Shown here: piece by piece, positions 12,261-26,551 of the stretch
Layout of the letters: the number at the start of each line of letters is the position of its first letter
How positions within the stretch are numbered: the first letter of the stretch is position 1
Notes under the pieces: generated by a model
What the model was told of the DNA's origin: nothing
What the model saw: the letters and a program-made list of their open reading frames with translations, nothing else
Databases searched by the model: none
Position numbers and translations under genes: made by a program
Origin: Balanoglossus misakiensis
Taxonomy: Eukaryota > Animalia > Hemichordata
Assembly (NCBI GenBank): GCA_040954595.2
Contig: CM082588.2
Span: 6,398,202-6,462,201, forward strand
DNA length: 64,000 bases
Direction of reading: 5' to 3'

Positions 12261-13244
12261 TATGACAGTGTGGTGGCACGTGGACTTTGTCCCGGAATGA
12301 CCTGTGGGATTAACCATTATTTGTAGGGAGGGTAAGGGTACCTTTAGCGTAGCGCAGCCAGCGGTGGGATTGGGGCAGGGGACCAAACTACGGACGGTGG
12401 CCGTCGACAACAGCTCAAATTCTGCCGCTTTAAGTAATCACGGACATGCTTTTAATTATGTCTATTGGGAGGATATTGCCTGGTAGTATTTCAAAGAATG
12501 ACTGCGGCTATTTGTGACGAAGTGGCCAAAAATAAGAGAATTATCAGTACGATCAGTCGAAAACTTCCCATCATTTAAAAAAGTGAAATATTGCAATGAA
12601 AAATGAAAATTTAATGTCTCAGTGGCTTACACTTATTTCTATGTGTTCTAGTGGATGAGATTATGCTTTGTTTATGAAGTTTCATAGCAGGAAATGCAAC
12701 GTTTGGCGGCCATATTCCTTTGCGGGAAAGTTTTATTATTTATCAGATAAAGACTTGCATATGCCCTCATACGTAGGGTTTATAATACTTCAGCGCATAC
12801 ATCTGTATGGGCTATTATTAGTTTGAAAATAAATTTCATTATATTTTCCCAAAAGTTGCAGCGCATGAGGCTTTAAATCACGGGGCAACAGCCATCACGT
12901 GATATTAGCCCTTGTATCAACAGTCTGTATCGCCGGTTTCTATATAGAAGTCTTTCACGTATTACTTGCTCTGGTCTTTTTCATTCATCAAAAATTAATT
13001 TCGAAAAGGTCTCGGCAACCGTGATCACATGAGCCCTGGTATCCATGACATGGTTAAACCCCATAACCTGCCAACGCACCTTATTGTTCTCTGTAGACAA
13101 CCCTACTATATTTTTAATTTCAACAAAACATATTGTTAGCCGTGGTAGCCTTTCGAACGCACCAGACGCCTACTATGTGCAGTGCAGAAGAACGGAGCGC
13201 GTACATGCGGTTTCAGCGGAGACAGACCACGAATCTACCTCACG

Positions 13245-16128
13245 ATGTTCACTTTGAAAACACTTTTCCTTGCCCTTGTTTGCCTCGCAGTGATCTCCGT
13301 TCTCCTGTCCCATTTCCATTTCACCGCGATTCAGAGTTCAAAGCACGGTCAGGTAAATATCTTTCGCACAAGTTTCTATTTCAACTCGTCACCTTTATCC
13401 ATGATGCATGCGTTCCATCTGCCCCACCCAAAAACAATAGTCTTCCAAATTTTAATTTATTTGAACTTGCACGAATCACTTAACTATTGTAGCAAAAAAA
13501 CACATGATCAAAACAGTAACAAAAAAATCTTCAACAGAACCACTAAACGTACAGGTGACTTTTTGACTATTTGTACTGGTTGTAATTGTTAACCATATTT
13601 TTACTGATATTGCCGGCTGTTACCCAATACTAGACTGTCATCATGATAAAACTGGTGGTTACAGCACGGGGAAGGAATATGACAGAATGATATTGTGACT
13701 TTTGTGCTGTCAACCTGAAATCATTCTGTGTCTCATAGCCCAGTACAGCGAATCGGAGCCATAATGGTGAAGACACCTTTCGTCGAGGTGACGTACTTAA
13801 AAAAGTCCCACCAGTCACAGTTGTGATCGAATTCACCAGAGAACGCCCTCCACACTCTACAGAAACGCCATCTGGTGTGGCGAAAAGAAAGTCAGATTCA
13901 ACCACGCAGTCCTCAGGCAGAAACAAGTCACCGTACGCGCTTCCAGCTGAAAAACGACACGCGATGGAAAACCGGTATCTTTTCCCCGTCGTTCACTTAG
14001 GCGGCGGACCGAATTTTCAGTACCGGCAGTTCAAAATCGCCATTCAGTTTGCTATTTTCACAAACAGAACTCTAGTTTTACCAGAGTTTAAACACCACCG
14101 TACCCCGTATCACCGAGGTCGAGTTATGTTCGAAGAAACGTTCAACGCCAGCGTCTTTGAACAATTCATGCCAGTCATCAGCATTGAAGGATTCAGTGAG
14201 AAATGCAGCCCACGTGTAGACAACTTCTTGATAATGGACTATCCCGACAGATCTTCCGATAAACCAATAGTCGATGTTTACTCCAGCCAGACCGCATTCG
14301 TGCACAAACGCACCAAGATTGTACTCCCAGACGTCAAAAGTATGACTTTCCCAACATCTAAGGAAGAGTCCTGGCAAGGGATTGCAGAAACGGCGGACGA
14401 GAAGTGCGTGGTGATGATTTCACCGGTGGCATTTGAGTCGGAGCAGAAGCGGCTGCCGAACAACCTGACTGAAATATCGGCCGGGGTTGCCGCCCATCTA
14501 GTCCGACCCACGTACCTGCGCGAGGCAGTGGAAGACATCCTGCCCAGACTGTGTGATGGGCAACCAGTGTTAGGTTTGCACTGGCGAAACAAAACTGGCG
14601 AAACGTAAGTATTACGCCAGAATGCATGGATATTCAGAGGTACAGTCAGCCACCCTGGGCCCTGTTTATCTCACTGAATCCTTTTCTTCATCCATAATAT
14701 AATGTCCACCCTGTACCAGAAAACAACTGCATATAAACATCTAAAACGTGGAGCACTGTTCACGACTGTGCAAAGTATTATACTTCTAGTGAAGCTTTCT
14801 GATCAATGCATTTCCTTAAAGTTGCCGTATAGGTCATTTGAAACGTGACAACGACCCAAGATGCCACGACCTTCTCCAGGTTCAACTTCACCTCTTGAGA
14901 AGCCTGGCATCCCACATCTCAGAAATGATGACACGAGAACACGTTGGCTGTGTATTTGTAGCGTGTGCTCCCTTAGAACCTTGCGAGGTAAGAATTTCTG
15001 GGTTGGGTAGTTTCCCCATCCTGGTATCAGCAGAGCCTTCTTCCACAATGCATTATTTGCGTTGGGCAAAATAAAACCTTCTTGCCCGTTTCGTACAGCC
15101 TATGGCCCAGGCTATTATCACGTTTAACTGTACAGTTGATTTATGTAAATAATAACTACGAAAGATTTAAGTCACAATTGATTAAACAGTAACGGGACCA
15201 AAAACCTTGAAAGCAATAAACATAGTCAATTATTAAATTAATAGTCATAATTATCTATAAGAACCCCACACCATATACCGCTGACTTGGTGTGTGTACAC
15301 CAAGAGTGAATTTAGCGTCGATAACAAACGTCTGTCAGGGATTTAATTATGCATTCCTATGCGTGGAAGCATGTGTGATTTGTTCAAAATTCACACTGCT
15401 CGTTAGGTTCAGTGATTAATCATAAACAGATATAATCGACACTACATCAAATCAGCGACTCAAATAACCATCACTTATAGATATTCTCCGTGCTCACTGC
15501 ACCCTTTCAGAACATTATGCGGGAGTTCTCCGCCCAAAAATTGCCAAACGTCATCAGTACTGATGACGTCATCAAGCTCCATAATCCAGTCATCAACTCG
15601 CTGCATGAAGATGACTATTTCGTATCCTTGTTGGAACAAGAAATTTGTGCAAGTAGGTGTTGTTTCATTTCCTCGATTTGTTAATGTTTCAGGTCAAGAG
15701 AAATATATTTCTCTATGTTCGTGTAAACTTAACATGCCAAAATATTTTTCACTATGAAAGCTAGTGGTCTTTAACTAAATGGGCGAAAAGAAATGAAGTT
15801 AGATTGGTCTTATACATTATGTTTTGGCTTTCTCCTACCCTTAGCCATAAATAAATGCCAACAGTTAAGAAAACCGACGATGAGAAATTATCATGATGGT
15901 TTCAGTTGCTTGGTCTTATTCATAACTTATCGTTTTTACTAAGTCTTTACCTTTTTAGCCAGCGTCTTTATCTCTGTTCTTCTCACAGGGAGCAAAGTAT
16001 TTATTGGTGTTGGTAAATCTAATTGGTCCAAGTTTTTATTCCAAGAAAGAAGCGCTTTCAACAGTGGTCCTACATATGATGTCATGCGAGATTTCTCTGA
16101 TATACGTTATGCCAAAGACGTTGTCTAA
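13245..16128 (+). CDS. GDP-fucose O-fucosyltransferase-family (POFUT-like) protein, copy 1 (5 exons)
   Basis: Exons 13245-13352, 13739-14604, 14822-14987, 15511-15652, 15989-16128. N-terminal hydrophobic anchor, S/T-rich stem, GGPNFQYRQF...NRTLVLP, LGLHWRN and LLEQEICARSKVFIGVGKSNWS, matching the O-FucT family pattern (HxR; D/EQxIC...FIG...S.FS). Confidence 0.8.
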
Positions 16129-17472
16129 AATATAATTAGAACATTGATAGGGATGGTCTACCCGGCTCATAGGCTAGTCATTCTATCAAGTTACATTTCT
16201 CAAGTGTTTTCAGTCAGTTGAACATTAGATTTGGCGAGAAAGGTCATGGTGACAGGTTAATATGGTTACAAATCATCATGAAAGGGTGAGCACAAATGTA
16301 CAATAAAGGCTTTTAAATTAAAAACGGTTTACTCTACAGATGAACACGTTTAATAGTTGCGTATACATACCAACTGTAATTTAATGTCGGCAACACTCAT
16401 AAAATTAGATTTCATTAATGCTGCCATAAATTTAATTTATGGTGTAACATAGAGATTTAATAATTTCCGCTGTCCTATAGTTATATTCGACTTTATTCCG
16501 TTTGCTGCTTGCACACCTTTGCCCCACATTGTCGAAACAAGTGGGTTCATTTGATGTTAAAAACCGAACAAGCAGAGCAAGAAAGAGCTAAAACAACGAA
16601 CGCGTTATATTTTCCGCTTATTCAGTGTTTAATATTTCACCTTCTCTTGCACTAGTGCAAGGGTTTTAGCTTTTGATAAATGCGTTGTGATCCTGATTCT
16701 GTGAAAGCAAAGGTCTTTACAGACTGGTTGTATTTCGGAAACCTTCCATACACACTGGGTTATAGGTTTGTGGTTCAATCACTTGCACGACAACGCTTGT
16801 GCTCAGTAATCCGTTTTAGATTATTGTGCACGGGTATTTAAACAAGCTGTTGCCTACACGCAGGATGTTGATGTCACACAAAGCGTGGATGAATGCTTAA
16901 TGTGTACAGCCAGATGTGGTCTGCATGATCGCATGTGTTTTGAACGGGGGCCATCGCGATTTTTTATGCTGCATGACAAAATAGCCCCGTTTGTAGCTGT
17001 GACTGTAACGCTCAGTAATTTAAGTCTTGTATCATGTGTAGAACTATATTGAAGCCCCAATAGTCTCTTCATGATATGTCTTCATCTTACTTCCATATAT
17101 CATTTTTTTATTTGTGTACACAGCCATCGCGTCTGGTTTGTTATCTCAGACGCTTTTCAAACAACGTACCCACAGTGTTACACATTCATATATTAGTACG
17201 TTTCCCCAAGTGTTGCGTGTAACATTTTATTCACCAGTTACTAAACTGTAACCACAAACGATTTGACCCTGGTATGCGTTACCTGTCGGGAAAACTGCGG
17301 CATACCAATACACCTTGTGTTCTATAATCTGGCTGAATATGGAGATTGGTTTACATTGATGATGGATGTGATATCCTTTGTAGAATCTGCAGCTGTCGTA
17401 TAGTGGGTGCGGAATATCCGAATATCATTTCAACCAGGGGAGATTCCACAGTTGAAACGGTTGCATTCCGCC

Positions 17473-20400
17473 ATGTCTGGCTTCAAAACACTCTTCTTCG
17501 TTCTTGTCGTCATGGCAGTCGCCTGCGCTGTACTTCTACCAATGGTATTTAGAAGTCATTTTCACGTCATTCACGGTCCAAAACACGAACGCGTTTTTCA
17601 CGGCCATTTAAAAAATTCGCCATCCATAGAGGTAAGTTTTCGCAACACATTCTCGTTTCACTTGAACTCGCCATTTTAATGTAGCAATAACTGGATGGCT
17701 AAATGATCTAGAAATGAAACGTATCCACAATTCCTTATGTCATTGGGTGGTTTTGCTACCGCGCGCTTCTCAGTGCGAACTCAGATCAGTGTACATGTAG
17801 ATGACATAACATGCATCAGCCGATGAATTTCCCGTTCTATATCTATAGCACGTGAATGAGAGTAAGAAGACGAACGACGAAAATCACCATGACGACGTCC
17901 CTGGGAACGTGACATCGTTTACTGTCGCGGACCAGGTAACCAAGGGAAGTAAGCCCCATTCTCCAGAAAACACCACTGCTGTTCACAAAGCAAAGTTAAA
18001 TATAACCACGAAGCCATCAAACAGAATCAAGACCAGTAATGCCTCATATACGCTCCCAGCGGAAATACGCCAGGCGATGGAAAACCGATATCTTTATGCT
18101 GTCGTTCATCTGGGAGGCGGACCGTGTTTCCAGTACCGGCAGTTCAAAACCGCCGCCCAGTTCGCTGTTTTTACAAACAGAACTTTAGTTTTGTCCGACT
18201 TTCGGCATCACCGCACACCATACCGCGTAGGGCCAATTGCCTTTGATAAAACGTTCAACGTGAGCGTCTTCGAAGAGTTCATGCCCGTCATCAGCATTGA
18301 AGGATTCAGCGAGAAGTGCGGTCCACGCATCAACAATCTTTTGATAAACGAGGGTTCTGTTGGTAAAACGACAGACGCTGTCAACGCCAACCAAGCCGCG
18401 GAAATACGCCGGCGCGCCAACATTGACTTCCCAGACTTGAACAGTGCGAGTCTCGCAAAGTCCAAGGCGTCCTGGGGCGGCGTTGAGAGAACGGCCGACA
18501 AGAAATGCGTCATGATGATTGCGCCGGTAGCGTTTGAAACGGAACAGAAGCGGCTGCCGAATCTGGAGAAAATATCCGAAGGAATTGCCGCGCATTTGGT
18601 CAGACCGTCGTATCTTCGGAGCGCCGCTGAAGACATCATGCCCAAACTCTGTGATGGGAAGCCCTTATTGGGACTCCACTGGAGAAACAAGACTGGCGAA
18701 CAGTAAGTCGATCCAAAAGTGAATCAAAGCCCTTATAGCTGCACACATGCATGTTTGTTGGCGTTATTCGCAAACACATTACAACGTCGCATTGCAATTT
18801 TCAAAACCAGCACTTTTCATGATTGCCTTACTTTATAGATAGAAGGAACAGGATCTGTTATCCCAAACACACTATGTGCATTTCCATACTCTCTACGGGT
18901 AAGTTGCCCTTGAGCAAACTATGAGAATAGGATTAAGAATAGTAAGGCTATTGTGTGTATTAATGAAGCGTTATCGCTCTTTTCCTTTCGATCAGGTGTC
19001 GCATAGGTCAATTGGCACACTCCGGCGATCCCAGGTGTGACGATCTTCTCCAAGTGCAACGTCGAGTCTTAAGAAGCCTCGCGTCTACTGTCTCAGGTGT
19101 AATGAAGCAAGAACATATTGGTTGTATTTTTCTAGCTTGTGCGCCTATGGAACCTTGTGAGGTAAGAATGCATGTACATGTATAGGCGATAGCGAAATCT
19201 CGCGATCATTGTTCGAAAAACAAATGGCAATGTTCATCCTCAGTGATTATTTTCACAAGTAATGCCTATAGCGTTGCATATGTACTATGACAGAATGCCG
19301 CAACATGTGCGCCCGATCGTGATGGTGTGTATTCTGCTGTACTAGGCCTAAGCATTGTCGCAGAATACACCTCATCACTCGCGTGAACAATAATTTCTCA
19401 ACACGCAGACACTGTGTGGATTGACTGTGTTCTACGGCACAGATCACGCGAAGGGGTCATGCAGTTCTTGCATATGGTCCCTCAGATGTGATGAAAATTG
19501 AAGTTCCGGTCGTGGCGCCTTGATTTCCAGTACAGTGATGAGGCAGTGTTGACATTGTCCAGACGCTGTCGTTCATTGGCCAAGTTACGTAGCTTTTGTT
19601 ATGCAGAGTAGGGTCATGTAGGGTCAGTTCATCAGTGATTTAGCTCAGGGGTCTTCAGATCGCATAGGCAATATTCGATAACACAGGCGATAGCGAGAGA
19701 TTTTCGTGAATTTTAAGGTTCCAAAATATACCGACAACTAAATGCATTGCTATTCTGACGATAGTTGGGAAGGATAATGAAATGAGATGACAAAATGTTG
19801 AATAATCCCTACGTTTCGCCGATCGTATTCTTCTTTGCGTTCAATGTTTACAAACAGAATGTAGTTCCACTAGTCCACTCATTTGCATGAAATGCTGTGA
19901 AAATACCTCTCTCGCTTCATATTGTTTTTGAAAACTAAAAGTAAAAATAATGTATGCATAGCCTTACCAACAATTTACGTTACGCTCTCGCCCAAACAAT
20001 TGTCTTGGTCGTTGTGTATTTTCAGAATATTATGCATGAATTCTCTGATCAAAATATACCAAACATCGTCAATATCCATGACGTCATCAAGTTAAACAAT
20101 CCAGATATCAAAACCATTGGTGGCAACGATTATTTTGTATCCTTATTGGAACAAGAAATATGCGCAAGTATGACTTCACCTTATAACACTTCTACCAACA
20201 TATGTGGTATATAATCCACAAAACAAACATTAGTGTTGGTCTAAATGCGAATGGTCGAAAGGAAAAAGATTGGTCGTTATGTTTATAATGTATTTGAATT
20301 ATCTCTTTGATGTCACCTGCAGAAAATTCGAGTGTTCTATCTGTTTGTTTGTTTTCCTCGCAGGAAGCAAGGTGTTTATCGGTGTTGGAAAATCGAACTG

Positions 20401-20503
20401 GTCCAGGTTTTTATTCCAAGAAAGGAAAGTATTCAACAGAGGACATTCTTATGATGTCATGCGAGATTTTCCTGGTCTACGTTATGCCAAAGACGTTTTA
20501 TAG
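17473..20503 (+). CDS. GDP-fucose O-fucosyltransferase-family (POFUT-like) protein, copy 2 (5 exons)
   Basis: Exons 17473-17631, 17849-18702, 18996-19161, 20026-20167, 20364-20503. Exons 3-5 have the same lengths as in copy 1 (166/142/140 nt) and the same motifs. Confidence 0.8.
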
Positions 20504-21037
20504 AATGGAAAATACATGTACTAATAATTATAGGTGATTCCAGACTGTAAATGAAGGATTAGTGTTGATAGTGTTGGACTAAATATATATTCTATAAAAA
20601 TTGTGTAAATAATGATGAATACAATGGGCTAATGGTATATTCGATCCGTTTTACTATAGTGACATAATGTTACAATCCAAAAAAATACAGTACGACACAA
20701 TACAATATAATAAAATTACAATACAAAACAACAAGACACAACAATACAGAATAACGATGTGGCATGGACTGTAACAATTACATTTTGCGCCTACTGTGTT
20801 AGCAATCGTGTCATATGCATGAACCCCTGAATTTCGATCAAAATGCAAAAACGTCGCTCAGGTTCAAAATGTTAAACTTATGGACTAAGACGTTGAACAG
20901 GAACTAAATATTGTATTTGATTCATACTGGTATAAAAAGAGCGTACACGAGTGGTCGACGTTCGCGCCCTCTGTGGGACAACCGGATTTCCGCCTGACAC
21001 CTTGACGACGCAGCTGCTTTATTATTCTGAATCGTTA

Positions 21038-22948
21038 ATGGCGGATACCAGGCTGGTAAACACAGTAAACATGCAGCCCCTCTATAACCTGCCCGACATG
21101 TTTGCTGCGGAGGAGCTGAGTGATGTGACTGTCGAAGTAAAATCTCAACAGTTCAAGCTGCACCGAGTTATTTTGGCGAGCTGCAGCGACTTCTTCCGCG
21201 CCATGTTCCGCGGGGAGATGCAAGAATCGACGAGCAAAGTCATTTCATTGTCGTACGATGATTTGACCACGCATGCCTTCACAACTCTGATCGACTTCGC
21301 GTACCGGTCGAAACTTAACCTTACACACGAAAATGTGTTTGAAGTGTTCATGGCAGCCGATCATTTACAAATGCGCGCTGCCATGACGCGATGTGAAGAA
21401 TACCTTCTGGGTCTGGTGGAAAAGAAGTCCGGCGTGGTCTCCCATCTCCTGACCATATGTGACTTTGTGTCTAAATATGACCTTCCTGAGGTGGAAGCAA
21501 AGGTCATGAAGCGCATGGCATTGCAGTTCAAAGAGCTGGCGAAAACCGCTGAGTTTGGCACCAGGCTCAGTCTGGCAAAACTAACCGAGTTGCTTGAAAG
21601 GGAAGACCTAGTCGTTGAGTCAGAGGCAGCGTTATTTCGCATTGTGGTGAAGTGGGTCGAAGCTGACGAACCAAACCGAATTGAGCATTTGGGGGAGTTG
21701 TTAAGTCGCGTGAGACTGGTCCTTATCGACGTCGATGACCTTACTGAGTTAATGAATAATGCCAAATTCAGGGGACTTCCCTGCTTTGATCTCTACCTGA
21801 GCACGCTCCAGTTTCACCAGAAATGCCGAATCATGCAGGACTCCAAGGCGACACATTTGAACCAGACACCGAGAAATTCAAACAAGGTAAGGAGTAAACC
21901 AGTTTGACATATTTGAAAGGCAGCCGGCATATATACCGTGTAACTGCCTTGGGGAGCATCATTTAGTGTACGGGTAAACCGGTAGATCTACGATGGGAAT
22001 GAATTACATTTCCCTGTGTAACGTTCGTTCTCTGGCTTCTATCTGCTTCCATAGAATGTAAACCATGCAGATTATTTCAAAAGATGTATCGAAGGGAAAT
22101 GTAAATCCGATTTTCTTAAGGATATTAATAATCTATACATTATTTTGTAGGTTTTTGTGAAAGTTACCACTAAAGGTGTAATTCGTTTCTATAACAATAA
22201 CGCCTACAAAGTGGACAAATATGCTGGAGATATATACTACAGTGGACCAATCACTACTACCATGGTCAACAACACATTGATTGTCAGCCAAAATGATGGG
22301 ATCGTGTTCAGTAAGCGTGGCCTCAAGCAAGAGTGGAAACAACTTCAAAGTATGAAAGAATCTCGGCAGAAGTGTTCGTTGATTTATGATGGCGGAGAGT
22401 TTCTTTATGCACTGGGTGGAGTCAAATATTCATCACCATCACGTTCTTATGTTGCAACTGCAGCAGCTGAGCGCTATAGTTTTCATAAGGATAAGTGGCA
22501 AATAATTGCATCACTGCCAGACACCACGAATGAAGAGGCGACTCCCGCAGCGATACTGTATAACAACAGAATTCTATACCTGTGTAAAAACACAGGTTAC
22601 TCATTTGACCCCGAGAGAAATGTGTGGATGAAGGTGCTGACTTTCCCTTACGGCATGGCCAGGTTTGCAACCGTTATTGACGGGCGACTGCATCTGGTCA
22701 ATTCAGGGACCGCAAAAGCATACCGCAAAGGTGACGACGCGTGGGAATACATAGCTCAGAAAGCTATACCACGGAAATGGCAGGAGTACGCTTTCTGCGG
22801 AGTAGACAACTGGGTGTATATCATTACCGGGACCACGTGCCACCGCACGGGGATTCGCGTTGACCCGAAGGACCCATATCTTGTAGACATAGACAGCTGG
22901 GGGTCAATGATGGGGGATGAGAGCATATTTGAAATGAGTCTCGCATGA
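21038..22948 (+). CDS. Kelch-like BTB-BACK-Kelch protein (2 exons)
   Basis: Exon 1 21038-21886: BTB (LSDVTVEV..FKLHRVILASCSDFFRAMF) plus BACK (VESEAALFRIVVKWV). Exon 2 22151-22948: divergent Kelch repeats (LYALGG...AERY...W). Phase-0 intron GTAAGG...TTGTAG. Confidence 0.88.
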
Positions 22949-24727
22949 TGCTGGACGCAATGATAGTGTGTTTTAGTAGTAAGAAGAGTAACCAGTGAGA
23001 TAGAACGTGATTCATCTGTAAGTGACAGGCATACTTGTCCATCGATTAAACAGAAACTCTTAGCAAAAGCCGATGATCGGACAGCAAATCATTTGCATGA
23101 CAAAACTAGAAGAGCAGAAGATAACAAAATAAAACTTGCAAAACACGGAAATTATGCAAACACTCTTGTTTCAATTCTCAAACTTTTCTGTTATTTCATG
23201 GCAATACTTTTGCCTCGCCAATGAAAGCGAAATTTGCCTGATCGTCACTGTTAGGGACATGAAGTGTCGTAGCTCTGTGTTGACAATTTCCCTTGAACTG
23301 TAGGAAGAAAAAATACCGTGTATTGTACCATTATGACATGCTTCAGACGATCTTACCTATATGGCTGTCATAAGTTCCATTAATTGGAAAATCGAATTAC
23401 ATAGAACCACCCATGCACCCACCCAAAAAGGTTTGTATGACACTCAGATAGTAAAAAGACACTGATTTCATTCTTTTTAATTCACTGATTTGAACCAAGT
23501 CTAATTTGAACCATCAGTATAGTGTTGAATCATTTTTAATTGTAACTCATTAATATAACTAATTTAGATTAGGTTGGTCTAGGGGACGTTGTAAAGCCTA
23601 AAAAGCAGGGGACAAAACATATTTACAGGTTTTATTTAGCAAAACGCTTCGTACTGGAGCAATAGTCCCTCAAGAGGGACTTAAGGGACTGTGGCTGGAG
23701 TAAAGAACTGGAAAAGATATGGGCCTTGACACACAAAGTTACAGATGAATGAAAGAGAATTTAACCATGATTTTTTTGCATAAAAGTAGTGTAAATAATG
23801 TAAAGCCTTATCAGTGAAAGATGAGAGACAATGCTTTGTGTGATTATTGTAAGAGTACAGAAAAAAATCAACATCGTTACTTTTAATGTACATAAGCCAG
23901 GAAAGTTTTGAAAATTAGTTGAAGAAATTCAAATTGTGCGTGGAATAATGCATCTTTGTCATTTAAATGCATTGTACTAGGAATTGATATCAATACTAGA
24001 TATGTAAATCTTATTAGTTTGATTGCTAAATGGTCCATTAATACATTTCGAGATATTACCCCAAACAGAATAAGCACAGAGGGAATTTTACGACGATTAT
24101 GAAATGTAATTTTTTTTCTTTTTCTTCGTATGTGAACAGAGAAGAAATCTGGAGGTGCAAATCTAGTGATGAAAAATATTGAATGGTGGATATTGAGCGC
24201 AAACTTAGCTTTGGTAGTGGAATCTTCATTGAATGATTACATAGAAAATGGCAGTTTCTCAAGTTAGTTATTTGGTTTTCGGTGGGCAGTCAGTTCAAAT
24301 GCATTTTAGAACAGGCGTTTACATGTACATGTATATTGATGTATTGTTTTGTCAAATATTATTCAATGAAAATAGAAATGTTTTTTTAAATGCAACGTTT
24401 CGCGCTCGTGCGTGTTTTTTTCTTAATACGACACTGGTTGTCAAGGAAGTAAAAAGGCGTCGATAGAGAGGGACAAAAAAAATCAAATCTTGCACGAACT
24501 TCCTTATTGTCAAAACCTTTAGATTTGGTTGATTCTGGCATGACTCGTACAGTAGATTTTAAATGTTAAGAGAGTTGGCCTTAATTGTAAATATTGATAA
24601 TAGTACATAATGAAAATGTGTACTATTAAATGTAGAAAACAAGAAGAAATATCCACAGTCTCATCAGCTGTAGGCGTATTTTTCAACGTGCATGACTCAT
24701 AAAAGTCGAACACGCATTCACTGCATT

Positions 24728-25100
24728 CTTCTGCTTACACTCTGTTTGGTCTCCACAGTACTTTCCTTTGTGTTGAGTCTGCGCATTGTTGACAGTAGAT
24801 CCAGGTCAGCATTTGGGTCAGCCTTTCAAAGTTTTTATGTTGCGAGTGAAACTCCTTCTGTAAAGTCCACCCATCGATTCTTTGTCTCGTACGCCTCTGT
24901 ATACCGCTATCGCCGTCTTCAAGATTCTTCCTCCTTCATATTTCTGTGTTTTCCAACAGCCCTACATCCCTACACCTGACCGAACACACCATAGCAAAAG
25001 AAGCACACTCTTAAATAAACAGTCATGCACAGGACTGCTACAATGATCATGTAATGTTCATCTGTGTCATCATATGCTGTTTTTGACTGATGACCACGGA
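24728..25100 (-). pseudogene. Decayed ITIM-type cytoplasmic tail belonging to Ig receptor 1
   Basis: 24761-24935 aligns with the ITIM tail at ~29860-30030 and ~25060-25095 with the PAYDET segment at ~30718-30752. It has indels, and the Tyr codons of the VYAEV and TYADL motifs are destroyed. Confidence 0.8.
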
Positions 25101-25208
25101 GATCAATTAAAGCGTCAGATCAGTTGATTCAACATGAACAGGCTTAGTCCGCTGTTAGAGGATGTAGTTGTACCGACGCGTCAAATCACAATCAATTCGA
25201 TGATGTTT

Positions 25209-26159
25209 CTAGTGGAGTTTGCAGAAGAAAACCCCCACTACGATGACTACGACTAAGGGAAGAACAAGGGCAGACACACCAATAAAAACGCCAATTCTGT
25301 CGAGGGTGTTTGCCTGGTCATTTTCTTTGCTGTCATATACTGATGTATCGTTCGGTGTGCCTTCTGTACGGGGATGTCCAGTCACTGTGTTTGATGTAGG
25401 CGAGGGCTGGACGTTGAATGGTCCAAGCTGACATGTTCTGTGCGTGTCGTAGGCCGGGTGAACTCCTGTACAGGTGAACAATGAAGCGTGCTGTGCCCGT
25501 GTGGGTGTCCATGAAAATGACAGTACACGTGAACCATCCGCAGGGTCAGTGCCAGCGACAGTATTTAAAGATTCACCAGCAGATCCCTGTCTCGTCCATT
25601 GTGTTGTCAGTACAGGCACACCTGTAAGATCTGAGCGACACTCTAAGGACAGCGGGACCCCTTCAATCACGTTGAAATCATCATCATCAGGATCAACACC
25701 TATTGAACACCGCACATAACCAGATTGCGGGGTTACATACACATCCAGGCGAGCTGTACGGGAATACCGAAAAGGGCGTGTCGCAACAACACACTGGTAC
25801 TGACCAGAATCAAATTCGGCCTTGGTCGCTTTTGTTCTGATCATCAGGTCGAATGTCGAAGAGGTTCCTTGCACGGCGGTTTCTACAAGGTAGCGCGTAT
25901 CAACCTGTCTCAGGTTGACAATGCCATTGATGCTAATGTCCACTCCGTTTTTGTGCCATTCGACATCTTGACCGGCCTGTAGGTTTTGAACAGTACAGTG
26001 GAGAGTGACGGTAATCTCATTGTCGCTCCCGTACGCGAAAATCTCTGTCTTGTTCGTCGGTTCCACCAGGAATGAGGGGTCTGTTGCGTCTACGCTGGAA
26101 TATACTAGTGTGACAATCAGTATACACAATTGTAGACCAAGTAGGAACCTGGCATTCAT
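25209..26159 (-). CDS. Ig receptor 1: signal peptide, 2 Ig domains, TM, essentially tailless; intronless
   Basis: MNARFLLGLQLCILIVTLVYSSVDA; D1 C..W..DSGQYQC; D2; D3 deleted in frame relative to receptor 2; TM IGVFIGVSALVLPLVVVIVVGVFF; stop codon four residues later. Confidence 0.85.
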   Translation of the reverse strand: MNARFLLGLQLCILIVTLVYSSVDATDPSFLVEPTNKTEIFAYGSDNEITVTLHCTVQNLQAGQDVEWHKNGVDISINGIVNLRQVDTRYLVETAVQGTSSTFDLMIRTKATKAEFDSGQYQCVVATRPFRYSRTARLDVYVTPQSGYVRCSIGVDPDDDDFNVIEGVPLSLECRSDLTGVPVLTTQWTRQGSAGESLNTVAGTDPADGSRVLSFSWTPTRAQHASLFTCTGVHPAYDTHRTCQLGPFNVQPSPTSNTVTGHPRTEGTPNDTSVYDSKENDQANTLDRIGVFIGVSALVLPLVVVIVVGVFFCKLH

Positions 26160-26551
26160 GATAATCGCACTATGGTCGCCAATTATTGTTGTACTGCTCC
26201 AACGAAACGCTGTTCGTATTTTCAGAGACTGGCAACAAAGTATTGCTGTGTGTCCTTGGTCCGAGCACTTTCGTGACGTCTGCAAATAGCTGGCGATTGT
26301 TCGTTCTCCTCAACTCATTGAATGAATGACCCTTGCATTGAATGAATGCGAGCGATGGGTGTCACATATATAATGCTATCGTCAACTTACGCTTTTAGCT
26401 TTCTGGAGACTTGGGCCTTTTAAAGCCTTAAAAACTTTCCATGAAATCCTTTATATTGTGTATGTGTCTCGTACATAGGGATACTGGCGTTTGCATAGAT
26501 ATGCTAGAGTCATTGTCAACGCATCGTCTTCTTAAATCTCGTACGGCACCC

